The notes below the pieces were generated by a model that saw nothing but the letters and a program-made list of their open reading frames with translations, did no database searches and was not told the origin of the DNA. The position numbers and the translations under genes were made by a program. From an uncultured Planctomycetales bacterium (GTDB lineage Bacteria; Omnitrophota; Gorgyraeia; Zapsychrales; JAHFFX01), in NCBI GenBank assembly GCA_964612665.1, contig CAZTCI010000003.1, positions 272,273-336,272 on the forward strand: DNA of 64,000 nt. The letters run 5' to 3'. Position 1 is the first letter of the stretch; every line of letters starts with the position of its first letter. Shown one piece after another: positions 16,840-27,391 of the stretch.

Positions 16840-18159
16840 TTAACCTTTACCACGTCCGACACCAAAATACTCAAACCCAAAATCCTGCGGATTGCGGCCG
16901 GCGTAAAGATTGCGCCCATCGAAGATTAGCGGCTGACGCATGGTTTTTTTCAGACGTTTAAAATCGGCGTCTTTAAATTCTTTCCATTCGGTCAGAATTA
17001 ACAGACAGTCACTGCCGGAAGCGGCCGCGTAAGGATTTTGAGAAAAAGTAACTCCTGGCAAACTCTCTTTAGCCTTATCCATCGCTTGCGGGTCGTAGGC
17101 TTTTATCTTCGCGCCTTCTCCCTGCAGAGCCTTGATAATATCAATCGACGGTGCGTTACGCATATCGTCGGTATTGGGCTTAAAAGCTAAACCCCAGACT
17201 GCGATTGTTTTATTTTTTAAAATCCATAATTTATCTTCAACCAATTGCAAAAACGCCCGCTTTTGGAATTCATTGACCTGACGGACTTCTTTAAGCAGTG
17301 AAAATTCATAACCGCTTTTTTCCGCAAGCCGGATAAACGCGTCGACATCTTTAGGGAAACAGCTGCCGCCGTAACCAATTCCCGCATCGAGAAAGCTGCG
17401 CCCGATACGTTTATCAAAACCCATCCCTTCCGCCACTTTCAAAACATCCGCGCCAATTTTGTCACAAATTTGGGCGATCGCGTTAATAAAAGAAATTTTG
17501 GTGGCTAAAAATGAATTGGAAGCGTGCTTAATCATTTCCGCGGAATTGATATCCGTCACAACAATGGACGCGGCCAGCGGTTTATAGATTTCTCTTAAAA
17601 GCGCTTCGGCCTTCGCGGATTGAACGCCGATCACAATGCGGTCGGGATGCATAAAATCTGAAACTGCTGATCCTTCGCGCAGGAACTCCGGGTTCGACGC
17701 GATATCGAAGTCCACTTGCCCGTGAGCGTCACGAAACTTTTTAGGGACATTCAGCCGAATCGTCCGCTCGATGCGCTGGCCGGTCGCTGCCGGAACGGTT
17801 GATTTCTCGACGATCAACTTATAACCGTTCATATTCTGGGCGATTTCACGCGCGACATTTTCGACATACGTTAAATCTGCTTCGCCGTTATATTTGGAAG
17901 GTGTTCCAACGGCGATAAAGATCACCGTCGAATTTTTACTCGCCTCTGAAATCGATGTTGAAAAAGAAAGTTTCCTAGTTTTGACGGCGCGCTTTAAAAG
18001 ATCTTCGAGGCCGGGTTCGAAAATCGGAATCCGTCCGGCTTTCAACTGCCGGATTTTTTCCGGGTTATTATCCACACAAATAACTTTATGGCCCAACTGC
18101 GTTAAGCATACGCCGGTGACCAACCCGACATAGCCAGAACCAACGATCGCGATATTCAT
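16840..18159 (-). CDS. ugd: UDP-glucose 6-dehydrogenase.
   Basis: 439 aa. MNIAIVGSGYVGLVTGVCL N-terminus, GGSCFPKDV active site, and the C-terminal UDP-binding domain are present. Confidence 0.85.
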   Translation of the reverse strand: MNIAIVGSGYVGLVTGVCLTQLGHKVICVDNNPEKIRQLKAGRIPIFEPGLEDLLKRAVKTRKLSFSTSISEASKNSTVIFIAVGTPSKYNGEADLTYVENVAREIAQNMNGYKLIVEKSTVPAATGQRIERTIRLNVPKKFRDAHGQVDFDIASNPEFLREGSAVSDFMHPDRIVIGVQSAKAEALLREIYKPLAASIVVTDINSAEMIKHASNSFLATKISFINAIAQICDKIGADVLKVAEGMGFDKRIGRSFLDAGIGYGGSCFPKDVDAFIRLAEKSGYEFSLLKEVRQVNEFQKRAFLQLVEDKLWILKNKTIAVWGLAFKPNTDDMRNAPSIDIIKALQGEGAKIKAYDPQAMDKAKESLPGVTFSQNPYAAASGSDCLLILTEWKEFKDADFKRLKKTMRQPLIFDGRNLYAGRNPQDFGFEYFGVGRGKG

Positions 18160-18227
18160 AGTTTTATATTTTTCCTTAGAAGTGTAGTAACCGATATTCA
18201 GACCTTTTCGTCTTTAGAAAAAGGTCT

Positions 18228-20429
18228 CTATTGCCCTGTGCTGCTTTGTGAACCTAGTTTACGCTGATGATAACTCGTGCTTAGATCAATCCCGCCTTGA
18301 GGAAATGCTTTTAAGCGGAAGACCAGCCAAAGTTCGCTTCCCTGGCCACGGGTTTCATTAAAGTTTATATCCATTTCCCATTCATGCAAGTCTCGAGTGA
18401 TTGTAAACTCCTGCTCTTTTTGCCCGCCACCGCCGACGTCAAAGCGGTCATAAAAACCGAAACGCCATTTCGGATTAATTTTATACCGAAATTCGGTTGT
18501 AATCTGATCGTCGACATCGCGATTATAACGTTTGCCAAGCCCCAGCGACCATTTATCACCGCCGTTTATATACATATCAAAATTCGCTTCATTCAAATGT
18601 TCTTCGACCGTATCGTAATCGGTATCAGAACTGAAGGTAATCCAGTCGAGCGGTTTTACTTCAGTCTTACTCTTAACATGATCAAAACCGCCTTTGCCGG
18701 GATATTCTTTAAGTCGAAAGTCCGCCGTCAAAACATTCCGCACCAAATCAATATTTAGCCCATTACGCTTGGTCTGCAGTTTATTTTCCAAGTTAAACTC
18801 AATCGAATGATCACGCTGAATCCCATCAACGCTGTCAAAATTATCTAGCTCACTAGGCAAAATGGTCGGGTCAGGCTGATAAACATACGCAATCGACGGC
18901 GTAATAATATGACGCAGACGGTTAATATCCAATCCAAAAACATTCGTGTGAAAATCATAAATCTTGTAAAACTTCGTACTCAAATCAGCGCCGGTTTCAA
19001 AAAGTCCGCGCACGACGCTATAATCGCCGGGATTCATCGTCTTACTATAATATGTTTCCCGGCCGCCCACATGCGGCGTGAATTCAATAAAACTAATTTT
19101 CATAGGATAAGAAACAATGTTATCGCTGTCGACCCGCATGGTGTTGCGGCGGATTTCAGTGGGCGATGGATCTTTTTTGGAGAGATTCACGTAGGAATTT
19201 TGACTTTTTAAATAAAAATTACTGGTGCCGATTCTTTGGTTGGTTAAATCATAACGAATTTCAGGCAAACGCTCGACGTAAGAATCAAAGCGGTTGATAC
19301 GCTGGATATAATTAAAACTTAAAGTTCCGTTGGGCAGATTGCGGGTCACGACAAAAAATGACTGAGGATCATTATCTTTATCGTATTCCTTGGGGAAATA
19401 ATCTTTGAGGAAATCTTTATCGCTCAATTTGAAATATTGCCAGACGGCTTCAGTCTGCGGGTCGATTGTCCATTTATGGCGCCATTCGCCTTTAAAGCGT
19501 TCGCGGTAGATTGTCTTGGCTGTTTTAGGCGACCAGGGGTATTTCCGGCTCACGTTAAGTTCATTCATGTAATACAAACGGATAATACCGCTTCCCATCC
19601 CCGGAATTTTATAATTCGCATCAAATCCTGGCGCAAAACCTTTTCGATCACGGTAATCCAAGTGAACACTTCCCCGCCAATAGTCATTAACATAATAACG
19701 CCAGTCCTGAAGCAAAAACGCGCCCCATTGTTTGCGGAAGCCCGGCGTGTAAATGACGCGGGGTTTACGATCGTCGAGCGGCTGGCTGAATCGCGGAATC
19801 CAGGCGACTGGAATATTTCCCAAAATCATCCGCATGTTACGCGCGATAATTTTATCGCCCGGATAAACATCCAGCTTACGCGAGGCCAGACGAAAATGCG
19901 GTTTATCGTGGTCGCAAGTCGTTAAATAGCCGTCTTCCATGACCAAATGGTTTTGGTCGAGCTTGGCGACTTTCGGCGCGACGCCGTAATAAGGACTGGC
20001 CGAAATTCGGGCGTTAATCATTTCGCCGGCCATCTTATCAAAGTTATAGTTCATTTTGTCGCCAGAAATTATTCCTTCAGGGGAACTCAAAACCACATGA
20101 CCCTCAGCGTGGGCATCATGGGTGTCTTTAGAATATTCAACCCGGTCGCAGGTCAGGCGGACCGGACCTTTGGTCATGACCACATTGCCTTCAACAATAA
20201 AAGTATTTATTTCCCGCCGGAATTCCATCTGATCACCATTTAATTCAACAGGAGAACTATCATCTTTTTTAATAATGTCTTTTGAAAAATGCATCTTCTT
20301 GATTGAATCATCCGACTTGGCCCCGGTTTCAACAGCTTGAGCTGAACTTAGAAAGAAAACAAAACAAAAAGCCATGACGGCCCAAAACGGCATGATGACT
20401 AAACTTTTAAGATCTTTAGCAGGAACCAT
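18228..20429 (-). CDS. lptD: LPS-assembly outer membrane protein LptD (OstA family).
   Basis: It has a signal-peptide-like N-terminus, an OstA-like N-terminal domain (NGDQMEF...VVMTKGPVRLTCDRVEY) and a large beta-barrel region. The ORF-track start at 20468 is GTG, so I used the ATG for MVPAKD. Confidence 0.7.
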   Translation of the reverse strand: MVPAKDLKSLVIMPFWAVMAFCFVFFLSSAQAVETGAKSDDSIKKMHFSKDIIKKDDSSPVELNGDQMEFRREINTFIVEGNVVMTKGPVRLTCDRVEYSKDTHDAHAEGHVVLSSPEGIISGDKMNYNFDKMAGEMINARISASPYYGVAPKVAKLDQNHLVMEDGYLTTCDHDKPHFRLASRKLDVYPGDKIIARNMRMILGNIPVAWIPRFSQPLDDRKPRVIYTPGFRKQWGAFLLQDWRYYVNDYWRGSVHLDYRDRKGFAPGFDANYKIPGMGSGIIRLYYMNELNVSRKYPWSPKTAKTIYRERFKGEWRHKWTIDPQTEAVWQYFKLSDKDFLKDYFPKEYDKDNDPQSFFVVTRNLPNGTLSFNYIQRINRFDSYVERLPEIRYDLTNQRIGTSNFYLKSQNSYVNLSKKDPSPTEIRRNTMRVDSDNIVSYPMKISFIEFTPHVGGRETYYSKTMNPGDYSVVRGLFETGADLSTKFYKIYDFHTNVFGLDINRLRHIITPSIAYVYQPDPTILPSELDNFDSVDGIQRDHSIEFNLENKLQTKRNGLNIDLVRNVLTADFRLKEYPGKGGFDHVKSKTEVKPLDWITFSSDTDYDTVEEHLNEANFDMYINGGDKWSLGLGKRYNRDVDDQITTEFRYKINPKWRFGFYDRFDVGGGGQKEQEFTITRDLHEWEMDINFNETRGQGSELWLVFRLKAFPQGGIDLSTSYHQRKLGSQSSTGQ

Positions 20430-21342
20430 CGACAAGAACTTTCGCTCCCAAAATACCAGCCGTGTCACCTAATTTAGCTTGAACTAACCGAACGGCATTC
20501 GCCGGAATTTTAAACGCCCGTGCATGAATAATTTTTTTAACAACCGGAAAAAAATGACGACTCGCCCTTGCTATCCCGCCACCGAAAATAATCCGCTCAG
20601 GATTTAAAAGGTTAACAACGGTCACCATGGCAACACCAATATGAGAAGCCATTTCTTCCCAGAATTTTATAGCAAGCTTGTGACCTTCATTCGCCAATTG
20701 GTCGACTTCTTCCAGCCGGATATTTTTATTTTTGAATAACTTTTGCGCGCGTTCTTGAAGATATTTGTTACCGACATAACGTTCGAAACAAGCAATGCCG
20801 CCGCAATTACAGCGTGGGCCTTTTTCGTTTAAAGGGATGTGGCCGAGTTCACCGGCGGTAAAACTAGCCCCGCGATAAAGTTGATTATTTAAAACTAAAC
20901 CGCTACCAACGCCAGTGCCAAGCGTCAAACAAACCAAATTTTGACAACCCCGCCCGGCGCCAAATTTCCATTCGCCCAGTGTAATTAGTTTCACATCATT
21001 ATCTATATATGTGGGAATAGCCATTCTCTTTTCAGCAATGGCTTTAAATGGGACATTCTTCCAGCCAGGAATATTGGGTAGAACTTTGACAACACCTTGA
21101 TGAGCATCAATTAGGCCGGGCCACCCCAGGCCAATGCCTTGGATGTCTTTTTTATTTAAACCATTTTTTTGGATAAGGTTTTGTATCTCATCAAGAATGG
21201 CTTCGATGAGTTTATTTTTGTGGGAAAGGAAACACGTGGTGGGTAAACTGGATTGCGCCTTAATTTTGCCGGCGCCATCAACACAACCGAATTTAATATT
21301 TGTACCGCCGATATCGACACCAATGACAAAACGATGGGACAT
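20416..21342 (-). CDS. ROK-family sugar kinase (glucokinase-like).
   Basis: The N-terminus VIGVDIGGTNIKFG and the ROK zinc motif CNCGGIACFERY are present. Confidence 0.8.
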   Translation of the reverse strand: MSHRFVIGVDIGGTNIKFGCVDGAGKIKAQSSLPTTCFLSHKNKLIEAILDEIQNLIQKNGLNKKDIQGIGLGWPGLIDAHQGVVKVLPNIPGWKNVPFKAIAEKRMAIPTYIDNDVKLITLGEWKFGAGRGCQNLVCLTLGTGVGSGLVLNNQLYRGASFTAGELGHIPLNEKGPRCNCGGIACFERYVGNKYLQERAQKLFKNKNIRLEEVDQLANEGHKLAIKFWEEMASHIGVAMVTVVNLLNPERIIFGGGIARASRHFFPVVKKIIHARAFKIPANAVRLVQAKLGDTAGILGAKVLVDGSC

Positions 21343-21500
21343 GAAAAATTAAATCTCTTTATGAAAATAAAATGTTTGTAAAATGAATTGTCTGGGCTTA
21401 AATTTGTGAGAATTTTTCTTAAAAAGCTGTCCCATTCTACCTGAAAAAGACTGGAGATTCAACACGTAAAATTATGAATTTTTTATTGTTGCGGATGATT

Positions 21501-21548
21501 GGGCGGCCCTGCATTGACTCAGCGCCGCAGGGCCGCCCAGCGTTTTTT
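21501..21548 (+). terminator. Strong plus-strand intrinsic terminator in a region with no annotated plus-strand gene.
   Basis: GGGCGGCCCTGC-(14 nt)-GCAGGGCCGCCC followed by CGTTTTTTGA. Confidence 0.55.
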
Positions 21549-21611
21549 GAGGAAAAAAATACAAAACTTTAGAATCTGCTGAAGTTTATAGACGAGTAAA
21601 AATGCAAAAAT

Positions 21612-22631
21612 CTACTTCTCCTGCGCCAAGCAAGTCTGATTTCGCCCGCTGTGTTTGGCCCGGTACAACGCCCAATCAGCTTTATCCATTAAATCTGTTG
21701 TTGATAGCGCATGCGCTGGAAAAGTTGCCACTCCAATACTGACTGTTACCTTTAATTGACTATCACCTTGAATACGAAAAACCGCCCGCTCAACCGCCAG
21801 TCTAATACGTTCCGCCGCCAAATAAGCCCCTTTGAGATCTGTATCCGGCAGTATCACACAAAATTCCTCTCCCCCAAAACGCCCAGCAAAATCAATCTCC
21901 CGGATACTCGCCCTTAAAATGGCACCCATCTGCCGCAATACCTGATCACCGCTTAAATGCCCAAACTGATCATTGATCTCTTTAAAATGATCCACATCCA
22001 ACATCAAAAACGACAGATTAATCTTGCGTTCCTCAGAACGACGGCGTTCCTGTTCAAAACGCTGCAGCATATAACGACGGGAATAAACTCCGGTTAGATA
22101 ATCCAATATTGAAATGTTATCGATCTCATGGTAAAGATATAAACGCCTTAAAACCAACGCCAGTTGACTAGTCAAAACTGTGATTTTCTCCCTCTGCTCG
22201 GCAACGGTGTTTTTCCAAAGCATATAGCGGTTCGTTTCCTTACTTAAAGGTATCGTAAATAAAATACTTCCTTGGTAAGACGGATCACGGTTTAAATCAA
22301 CGGGCAGAGTTTCCATCAACAGGGATTCGGAAAAACGCACATAACCCCGCATCAACATCTTAAAGACGGCAAAGGCTCCTTCAAAGTCTTCCTTAGAAAG
22401 CAGTGCAGGTATAACCCTGTATAATTTTAACGTCTCTTCTTTGGCCCGGAGAAACATTTGGCGCTGGCGTCGTAATTCCTGTTTAATTTTCTTTTGGTCT
22501 TCATAAATTTTCTGAGTGTCTTTAAGTTTACCTAATTCTTTTTCCTCGATTGTAAAAACAATCTTTTTCGCAAGCCAGACTAAACCGACGACATAACCTA
22601 GAATTAAGAATGAAAAAATAAACGGATTCAT
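21612..22631 (-). CDS. Membrane-anchored diguanylate cyclase (GGDEF domain).
   Basis: N-terminal transmembrane segment. The GGEEF active-site motif is in RFGGEEFCVILPDT. Confidence 0.8.
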   Translation of the reverse strand: MNPFIFSFLILGYVVGLVWLAKKIVFTIEEKELGKLKDTQKIYEDQKKIKQELRRQRQMFLRAKEETLKLYRVIPALLSKEDFEGAFAVFKMLMRGYVRFSESLLMETLPVDLNRDPSYQGSILFTIPLSKETNRYMLWKNTVAEQREKITVLTSQLALVLRRLYLYHEIDNISILDYLTGVYSRRYMLQRFEQERRRSEERKINLSFLMLDVDHFKEINDQFGHLSGDQVLRQMGAILRASIREIDFAGRFGGEEFCVILPDTDLKGAYLAAERIRLAVERAVFRIQGDSQLKVTVSIGVATFPAHALSTTDLMDKADWALYRAKHSGRNQTCLAQEK

Positions 22632-23950
22632 ATCTTCTCCGACGGATTCACAGGATAAACAACCACCTTATTTCTCCCGGTATTTTTGGCCGCATACAAA
22701 GCTTGGTCGGCTGCATCGATCAAATTTTCTTTTGACTGCGCATCTTGAGGCAACGTCGCAACGCCGATTGAAACTGTCACGTGCGTTTTCTGTCGGCGTA
22801 AAATAATCGTTTGTCCTTCCAGTTTTTTTCGTAACTCCTCAGCCAAAGAAGCGGCCTTTTCTTTGGAACAACGCGGCAACAGGACACAAAATTCTTCTCC
22901 GCCGTAACGACAAACAATCTGGTCTTCCTGTCTGAAAAAATCCGCCAAAATCATGGCGACCGTCCGCAATACAATGTCACCCGCAATATGGCCAAAAGTA
23001 TCATTGTAGTTTTTAAAATGATCTAAATCGATCATAAGAAATGATAAATCTTGTTTTTCTTTCAAATGCCGGGCCGCAGTGGCATCGAGACTGTCCATCA
23101 GATACTTACGTAAATATAGTCCTGTCAAACTGTCTTTGATCCCTAATTCATGCATGTGCTCAGCGAGCTCTGCATTTTCAATGGCAACGGCTACAACAGA
23201 AGCAATTGCATATAAAAACAGAACATCTTCTGTATCGAACGACTTTTCTTTAAGACTGTCGACGCGTAAAATCCCCAGCGCTTTATTTTCCAGAATGAGC
23301 GGTACGCTGATTAATGAACGCACGGCTTTCACTTCGTCATCCTTCTGCTGCGGTAAGATTTTCTTAAACCTTTCGTCCTGTCCTGTGTCTTGAATACTTA
23401 AAGGCTGCATGTTTTTAACCAGCCATTGGTCAAAAATATCACCCTTGACAGAACCTTCATTAATTTTCATTTGGCCTTTGTTTGAGACGGAGATTCCAAG
23501 CTCGCCAGTTTTAGAATGAAAAATATATAAACTACAGGTCATTGTGGCTTCAGAAAACAGCTGGTCCATCTGAGCCGAAATGAGTTGAATCGTCTCGGCC
23601 AATGAAAGTCCGGTCGCCAAAGGTTCGATAGAACTTTGAAAGGCCTGATAACGCCTGAGGTTACTTGCTAATTTATTATTGTAAGCAGCCTCGTACTGAT
23701 TTTGTTTAGTTAGAATCTCAATTCTTTCTTGGCAGGCTTTCTGCTGGAGATGAATGACAGCACGGTTATACTGAAAACGGCTGGATTCCGGGATTAAAAA
23801 TCCAAGAATAAAAACGCAGGCAATGATTAAGTAAAGAAAATAATTGATTTGGAAAAAGATAGCGTAGAGAAAAAGAAGGATTCCGGCGCTGTTAAGGACA
23901 AGAAAGGCGAGATAAAATTCAGATGATTGTTTTTTCGGTTTCCTGGTCAA
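22628..23950 (-). CDS. Membrane GAF-GGDEF diguanylate cyclase.
   Basis: N-terminal transmembrane helices, a GAF-like middle region, and RYGGEEFCVLLP. The ORF-track start is TTG and is uncertain. Confidence 0.7.
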   Translation of the reverse strand: MTRKPKKQSSEFYLAFLVLNSAGILLFLYAIFFQINYFLYLIIACVFILGFLIPESSRFQYNRAVIHLQQKACQERIEILTKQNQYEAAYNNKLASNLRRYQAFQSSIEPLATGLSLAETIQLISAQMDQLFSEATMTCSLYIFHSKTGELGISVSNKGQMKINEGSVKGDIFDQWLVKNMQPLSIQDTGQDERFKKILPQQKDDEVKAVRSLISVPLILENKALGILRVDSLKEKSFDTEDVLFLYAIASVVAVAIENAELAEHMHELGIKDSLTGLYLRKYLMDSLDATAARHLKEKQDLSFLMIDLDHFKNYNDTFGHIAGDIVLRTVAMILADFFRQEDQIVCRYGGEEFCVLLPRCSKEKAASLAEELRKKLEGQTIILRRQKTHVTVSIGVATLPQDAQSKENLIDAADQALYAAKNTGRNKVVVYPVNPSEKI

Positions 23951-25022
23951 AAAAGTGTACCTTACTCATATCGAAGACGAGATCCATGTCCCGGTTGACT
24001 TCGGGACGGTTGTGTGCACCAACGCGAGCAATAAATGTATGCCGGCCAGAGTTAAGATACAAATAAACTTCCGATCCTAAGGGTTCAACCACTTCGCAAG
24101 TGGCGCGGATCGTATTGTCGGGCGAGGATTGTGAAACAAATAATTTATCGTAAATATCTTCGGCACGAATTCCGAAGGTGACATTTTTGCCTTCATAAGG
24201 GGCGATCACTTTGTACATATCGTCGATGAGTTTCACTTGAACTTTCCCCTCATCAAAATAATATTTCCGTTCCTTCTTGATAATCCGTCCGTCCATAAAG
24301 TTAATCGGCGGAGAACCGATGAAACTGGCGACGAATTTATTAACCGGTTTATCATAAATGGTGATCGGATCCGCGCACTGCTGGATCTTACCGTCTTTCA
24401 TAACCACAATCCGGTCGCCGAGCGTCATGGCTTCGGTTTGATCATGCGTCACGTAGATAAAAGTTGTCTGCAAACGCAAACGTAATTTGTGGATTTCGGT
24501 GCGCATCTGGACGCGCATTTTGGCGTCGAGGTTGCTTAAAGGTTCATCGAATAAAAACACCATCGGCTTACGGACAATCGCCCGGCCGAGCGCCACGCGC
24601 TGGCGTTCTCCGCCGGAAAGCTGCCGAGGGCGGCGCTCTAAAAATTTTTTAATCCCCAAAATTTCGGCGGCTTCTTCAACGCGCTGTAAAATTTCCGAAT
24701 GAGAATGACGACGGAGTTTCAACCCAAAAGCCATATTTTCAAAAACACTCATGTGCGGATACAACGCGTAATTCTGAAAGACCATCGCGATATTGCGGTT
24801 TTTGGCGGGAATGTCATTAACGACGCGGTCGCCGATCCAAATCTTTCCTTCTGAAACTTCCTCCAAGCCCGCAATCATACGTAAAGTCGTTGACTTTCCG
24901 CATCCCGACGGGCCAACTAAAACCAAGAATTCTTTATTTTCAACACCTAAGTTGACGTTATCAACGGCCCGGACGCCGCCTTTATAGATTTTGCTGACAT
25001 CTCTTAAACTAACCTGAGCCAT
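23919..25022 (-). CDS. ABC transporter ATP-binding protein, sugar-type (MalK/UgpC-like), with a C-terminal TOBE-like domain.
   Basis: Walker A GPSGCGKST, signature LSGGERQRV, Walker B LFDEPLSNLD. No permease gene is adjacent. Confidence 0.85.
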   Translation of the reverse strand: MAQVSLRDVSKIYKGGVRAVDNVNLGVENKEFLVLVGPSGCGKSTTLRMIAGLEEVSEGKIWIGDRVVNDIPAKNRNIAMVFQNYALYPHMSVFENMAFGLKLRRHSHSEILQRVEEAAEILGIKKFLERRPRQLSGGERQRVALGRAIVRKPMVFLFDEPLSNLDAKMRVQMRTEIHKLRLRLQTTFIYVTHDQTEAMTLGDRIVVMKDGKIQQCADPITIYDKPVNKFVASFIGSPPINFMDGRIIKKERKYYFDEGKVQVKLIDDMYKVIAPYEGKNVTFGIRAEDIYDKLFVSQSSPDNTIRATCEVVEPLGSEVYLYLNSGRHTFIARVGAHNRPEVNRDMDLVFDMSKVHFFDQETEKTII

Positions 25023-25176
25023 AGAAATATTCCTTTAATTTTTCTTAAATATTCTTTTATTGGTTAAAACAATGCTCGGCGTTAATCATTAACTTGATTT
25101 GAATCCAGTGAAGGCGTTATTGTAATTGAAATCTTATTATCCTGCAACTGCGAACGATTAAAAAATGTCAAACGTT

Positions 25177-26034
25177 TCACTTTATTCCGTTTTTACGCGT
25201 ATAGCTGATAATTTCAGCTAAAGTATCTTTAAGATTTTTTCGATCCGCAATCATATCAATGAGTCCGTGAGCCAAAAGAAATTCAGAACTTTGAAACCCC
25301 AACGGCAATTTTTGACGAATCGTCTGTTCAATAACCCGCGGTCCGGTAAAACCGATTAACGCCTTGGGCTCGGCAATGATAATATCGCCGATCCCGGCAA
25401 ACGAGGCCATAATCCCAGCCATCGTTGGATTAGTTAAGATTGAAATATGCAATAACCCCGCCTTATCATGACGGCTTAACGCCGCACACGTTTTAGCCAT
25501 TTGCATTAAGGACAGCGCTCCTTCATACATTCGCGCGCCGCCGCCGGAACCGGAAACAATAATAACCGGCAAACGATGCGCCGTCGCGTATTCAACCGTT
25601 CGGGTGATCCGTTCGCCCACAACCGATCCCATGGATCCCATAATGAAACGCGAATCCGTGACAGCAATGCCAATTTTATGGCCGTGCAGTTCACCAGAAC
25701 CGGTTATGACCGCATCAGTCAGACCAGTTAATTTCTGGTCGCTTTCTAATTTGACTTTATAAGTTTTAGGCCCTTCAAACGCTAAAGGATCAACTGACGT
25801 TAATTCAGCGTCGCGTTCAACAAACGTTTTTTTATCAATTAAAGTTTGAATGCGTTCAGGGGCGCTTAAAGTGAAATGGTAACCGCACTTTGGACAGACG
25901 TTCAGATTATCGGCGAGGACTTTACTGTAAGTCGGTGTTTGACAACCTTCGCATTTCGACCACAGACCTTCCGGAATCTCTTTTTTCTTAACTTTGACGA
26001 GCGTGTATTTATTCTTTCCAAAAATGGCTGCCAT
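25177..26034 (-). CDS. accD: Acetyl-CoA carboxylase carboxyltransferase beta subunit.
   Basis: The N-terminal zinc ribbon CEGCQTPTYSKVLADNLNVCPKCGYHF and the carboxyltransferase domain are present. Confidence 0.9.
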   Translation of the reverse strand: MAAIFGKNKYTLVKVKKKEIPEGLWSKCEGCQTPTYSKVLADNLNVCPKCGYHFTLSAPERIQTLIDKKTFVERDAELTSVDPLAFEGPKTYKVKLESDQKLTGLTDAVITGSGELHGHKIGIAVTDSRFIMGSMGSVVGERITRTVEYATAHRLPVIIVSGSGGGARMYEGALSLMQMAKTCAALSRHDKAGLLHISILTNPTMAGIMASFAGIGDIIIAEPKALIGFTGPRVIEQTIRQKLPLGFQSSEFLLAHGLIDMIADRKNLKDTLAEIISYTRKNGIK

Positions 26035-26066
26035 AAGTGAGTGGTATTAAGGAAACGAGGTTAAAC

Positions 26067-27332
26067 CTATTCTAAGGAATAAACAGTTAACCCGGATAAT
26101 ACTTTAGGATAAAAATAGGTGGTTTTGGGTGGCATGCGCTCGCCATTTAGGGCAATATTTTTAAGCTGCTTTACTTTGACGGGATTTAAAATGAAACTCA
26201 GCTCCGCTAAACCTTCATCAACCATTTGGGCGGCCTCGTTAATATCTTTGGTGTAAACAATGTCCTCGGATTTGATTCCCAGGCGGTCTAAGACAAAATA
26301 TTTTAAAATGGTGGCGTCTAATTCGCGGAAGTCTTTTGAACCTTCCTTTACAATCTCGTCGATCAAAAGCCGGTTTTTAAGACGTAAAAGCCGAAGATCT
26401 TTTTTCATATACACGCCAAAGGCGTGTTCATTTTTACCAGCCTTCGCTAAAATGATGGAAAGCTCTTCTTTGCTTTTCACTTTATCGATCCGGAAATATT
26501 CTTCTAAGAAATCAAACTTACCGTGGATTTTTTTAATGACGCGATGGATAGGAAAAATCATTAAATCCGAGGAATCCATATCCGTAAAATATGTCATCAC
26601 ATAGTTGAAAGGTTCTTCGCCGGTTATTTTTCCTTTTTCAGCAATTTGCCGGCGGCGGTATTCACAAGCCACTTCATAACGGTGATGGCCGTCCGCGATA
26701 AATAACTGCTGATCGGCCAGGACATCTTTAATTTGATCGATCAGTTCAGGATTATCTAAACGCCAAACCATATGATGCACACCTTCATGATCCTTAACAT
26801 CCATTATAGATGGCGTGATCGAAACTTTTTGCTGGAAAATTTTCTGAACTTTTTTAGTTTTATCAGCGAAGCAGACAAAAATGGAACTTAAATTCGCTTT
26901 CAAAGCTGTGTTTAACGTCAGGCGGTCCTCTTTGGCACGGGCGTGGGTATTTTCGTGCGGAAAAATCTTGGAATCTTTTTCGTCTTGCAGTTTCATAAGC
27001 GCGATGAAACCTAAGCGGCTATACTTTTGGCCTAGAATTTTATATTCTTGGCGGTAATAATAGATGGCCGGTTTCTCGTCCTGAACCAAAATATCTTTGT
27101 CCCGCCATTCTTTATAATATTTTAAAGCGCGAGTGTATTTGTTATCTGTTTTGCTGTCGCCTTCTTTTTCTTTGGCGAGATCGATATGGATAAAATTATT
27201 GGGATGAAGATTATGATAAAAATCCTGGTCTTCTGGAGAAATAACATCATAAGGCGGGCAGACAACCTTGGAAAGATCATTAATTTTTTCTGAATTATAA
27301 TGGATAGCTTTAAATGGTTTGATAGAAGTCAT
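26067..27332 (-). CDS. DUF1015 family protein.
   Basis: KPFKAIHYNSEKI...CPPYDVIS are typical DUF1015 N-terminal motifs. The ORF-track start is TTG, so I used the ATG for MTSIKPF. Confidence 0.55.
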   Translation of the reverse strand: MTSIKPFKAIHYNSEKINDLSKVVCPPYDVISPEDQDFYHNLHPNNFIHIDLAKEKEGDSKTDNKYTRALKYYKEWRDKDILVQDEKPAIYYYRQEYKILGQKYSRLGFIALMKLQDEKDSKIFPHENTHARAKEDRLTLNTALKANLSSIFVCFADKTKKVQKIFQQKVSITPSIMDVKDHEGVHHMVWRLDNPELIDQIKDVLADQQLFIADGHHRYEVACEYRRRQIAEKGKITGEEPFNYVMTYFTDMDSSDLMIFPIHRVIKKIHGKFDFLEEYFRIDKVKSKEELSIILAKAGKNEHAFGVYMKKDLRLLRLKNRLLIDEIVKEGSKDFRELDATILKYFVLDRLGIKSEDIVYTKDINEAAQMVDEGLAELSFILNPVKVKQLKNIALNGERMPPKTTYFYPKVLSGLTVYSLE

Positions 27333-27391
27333 AATTTTTGAAACTCTCCTTTGCAAAGTTGAGAAAACTCAAGCTGTTTTTTTATGTTGCT

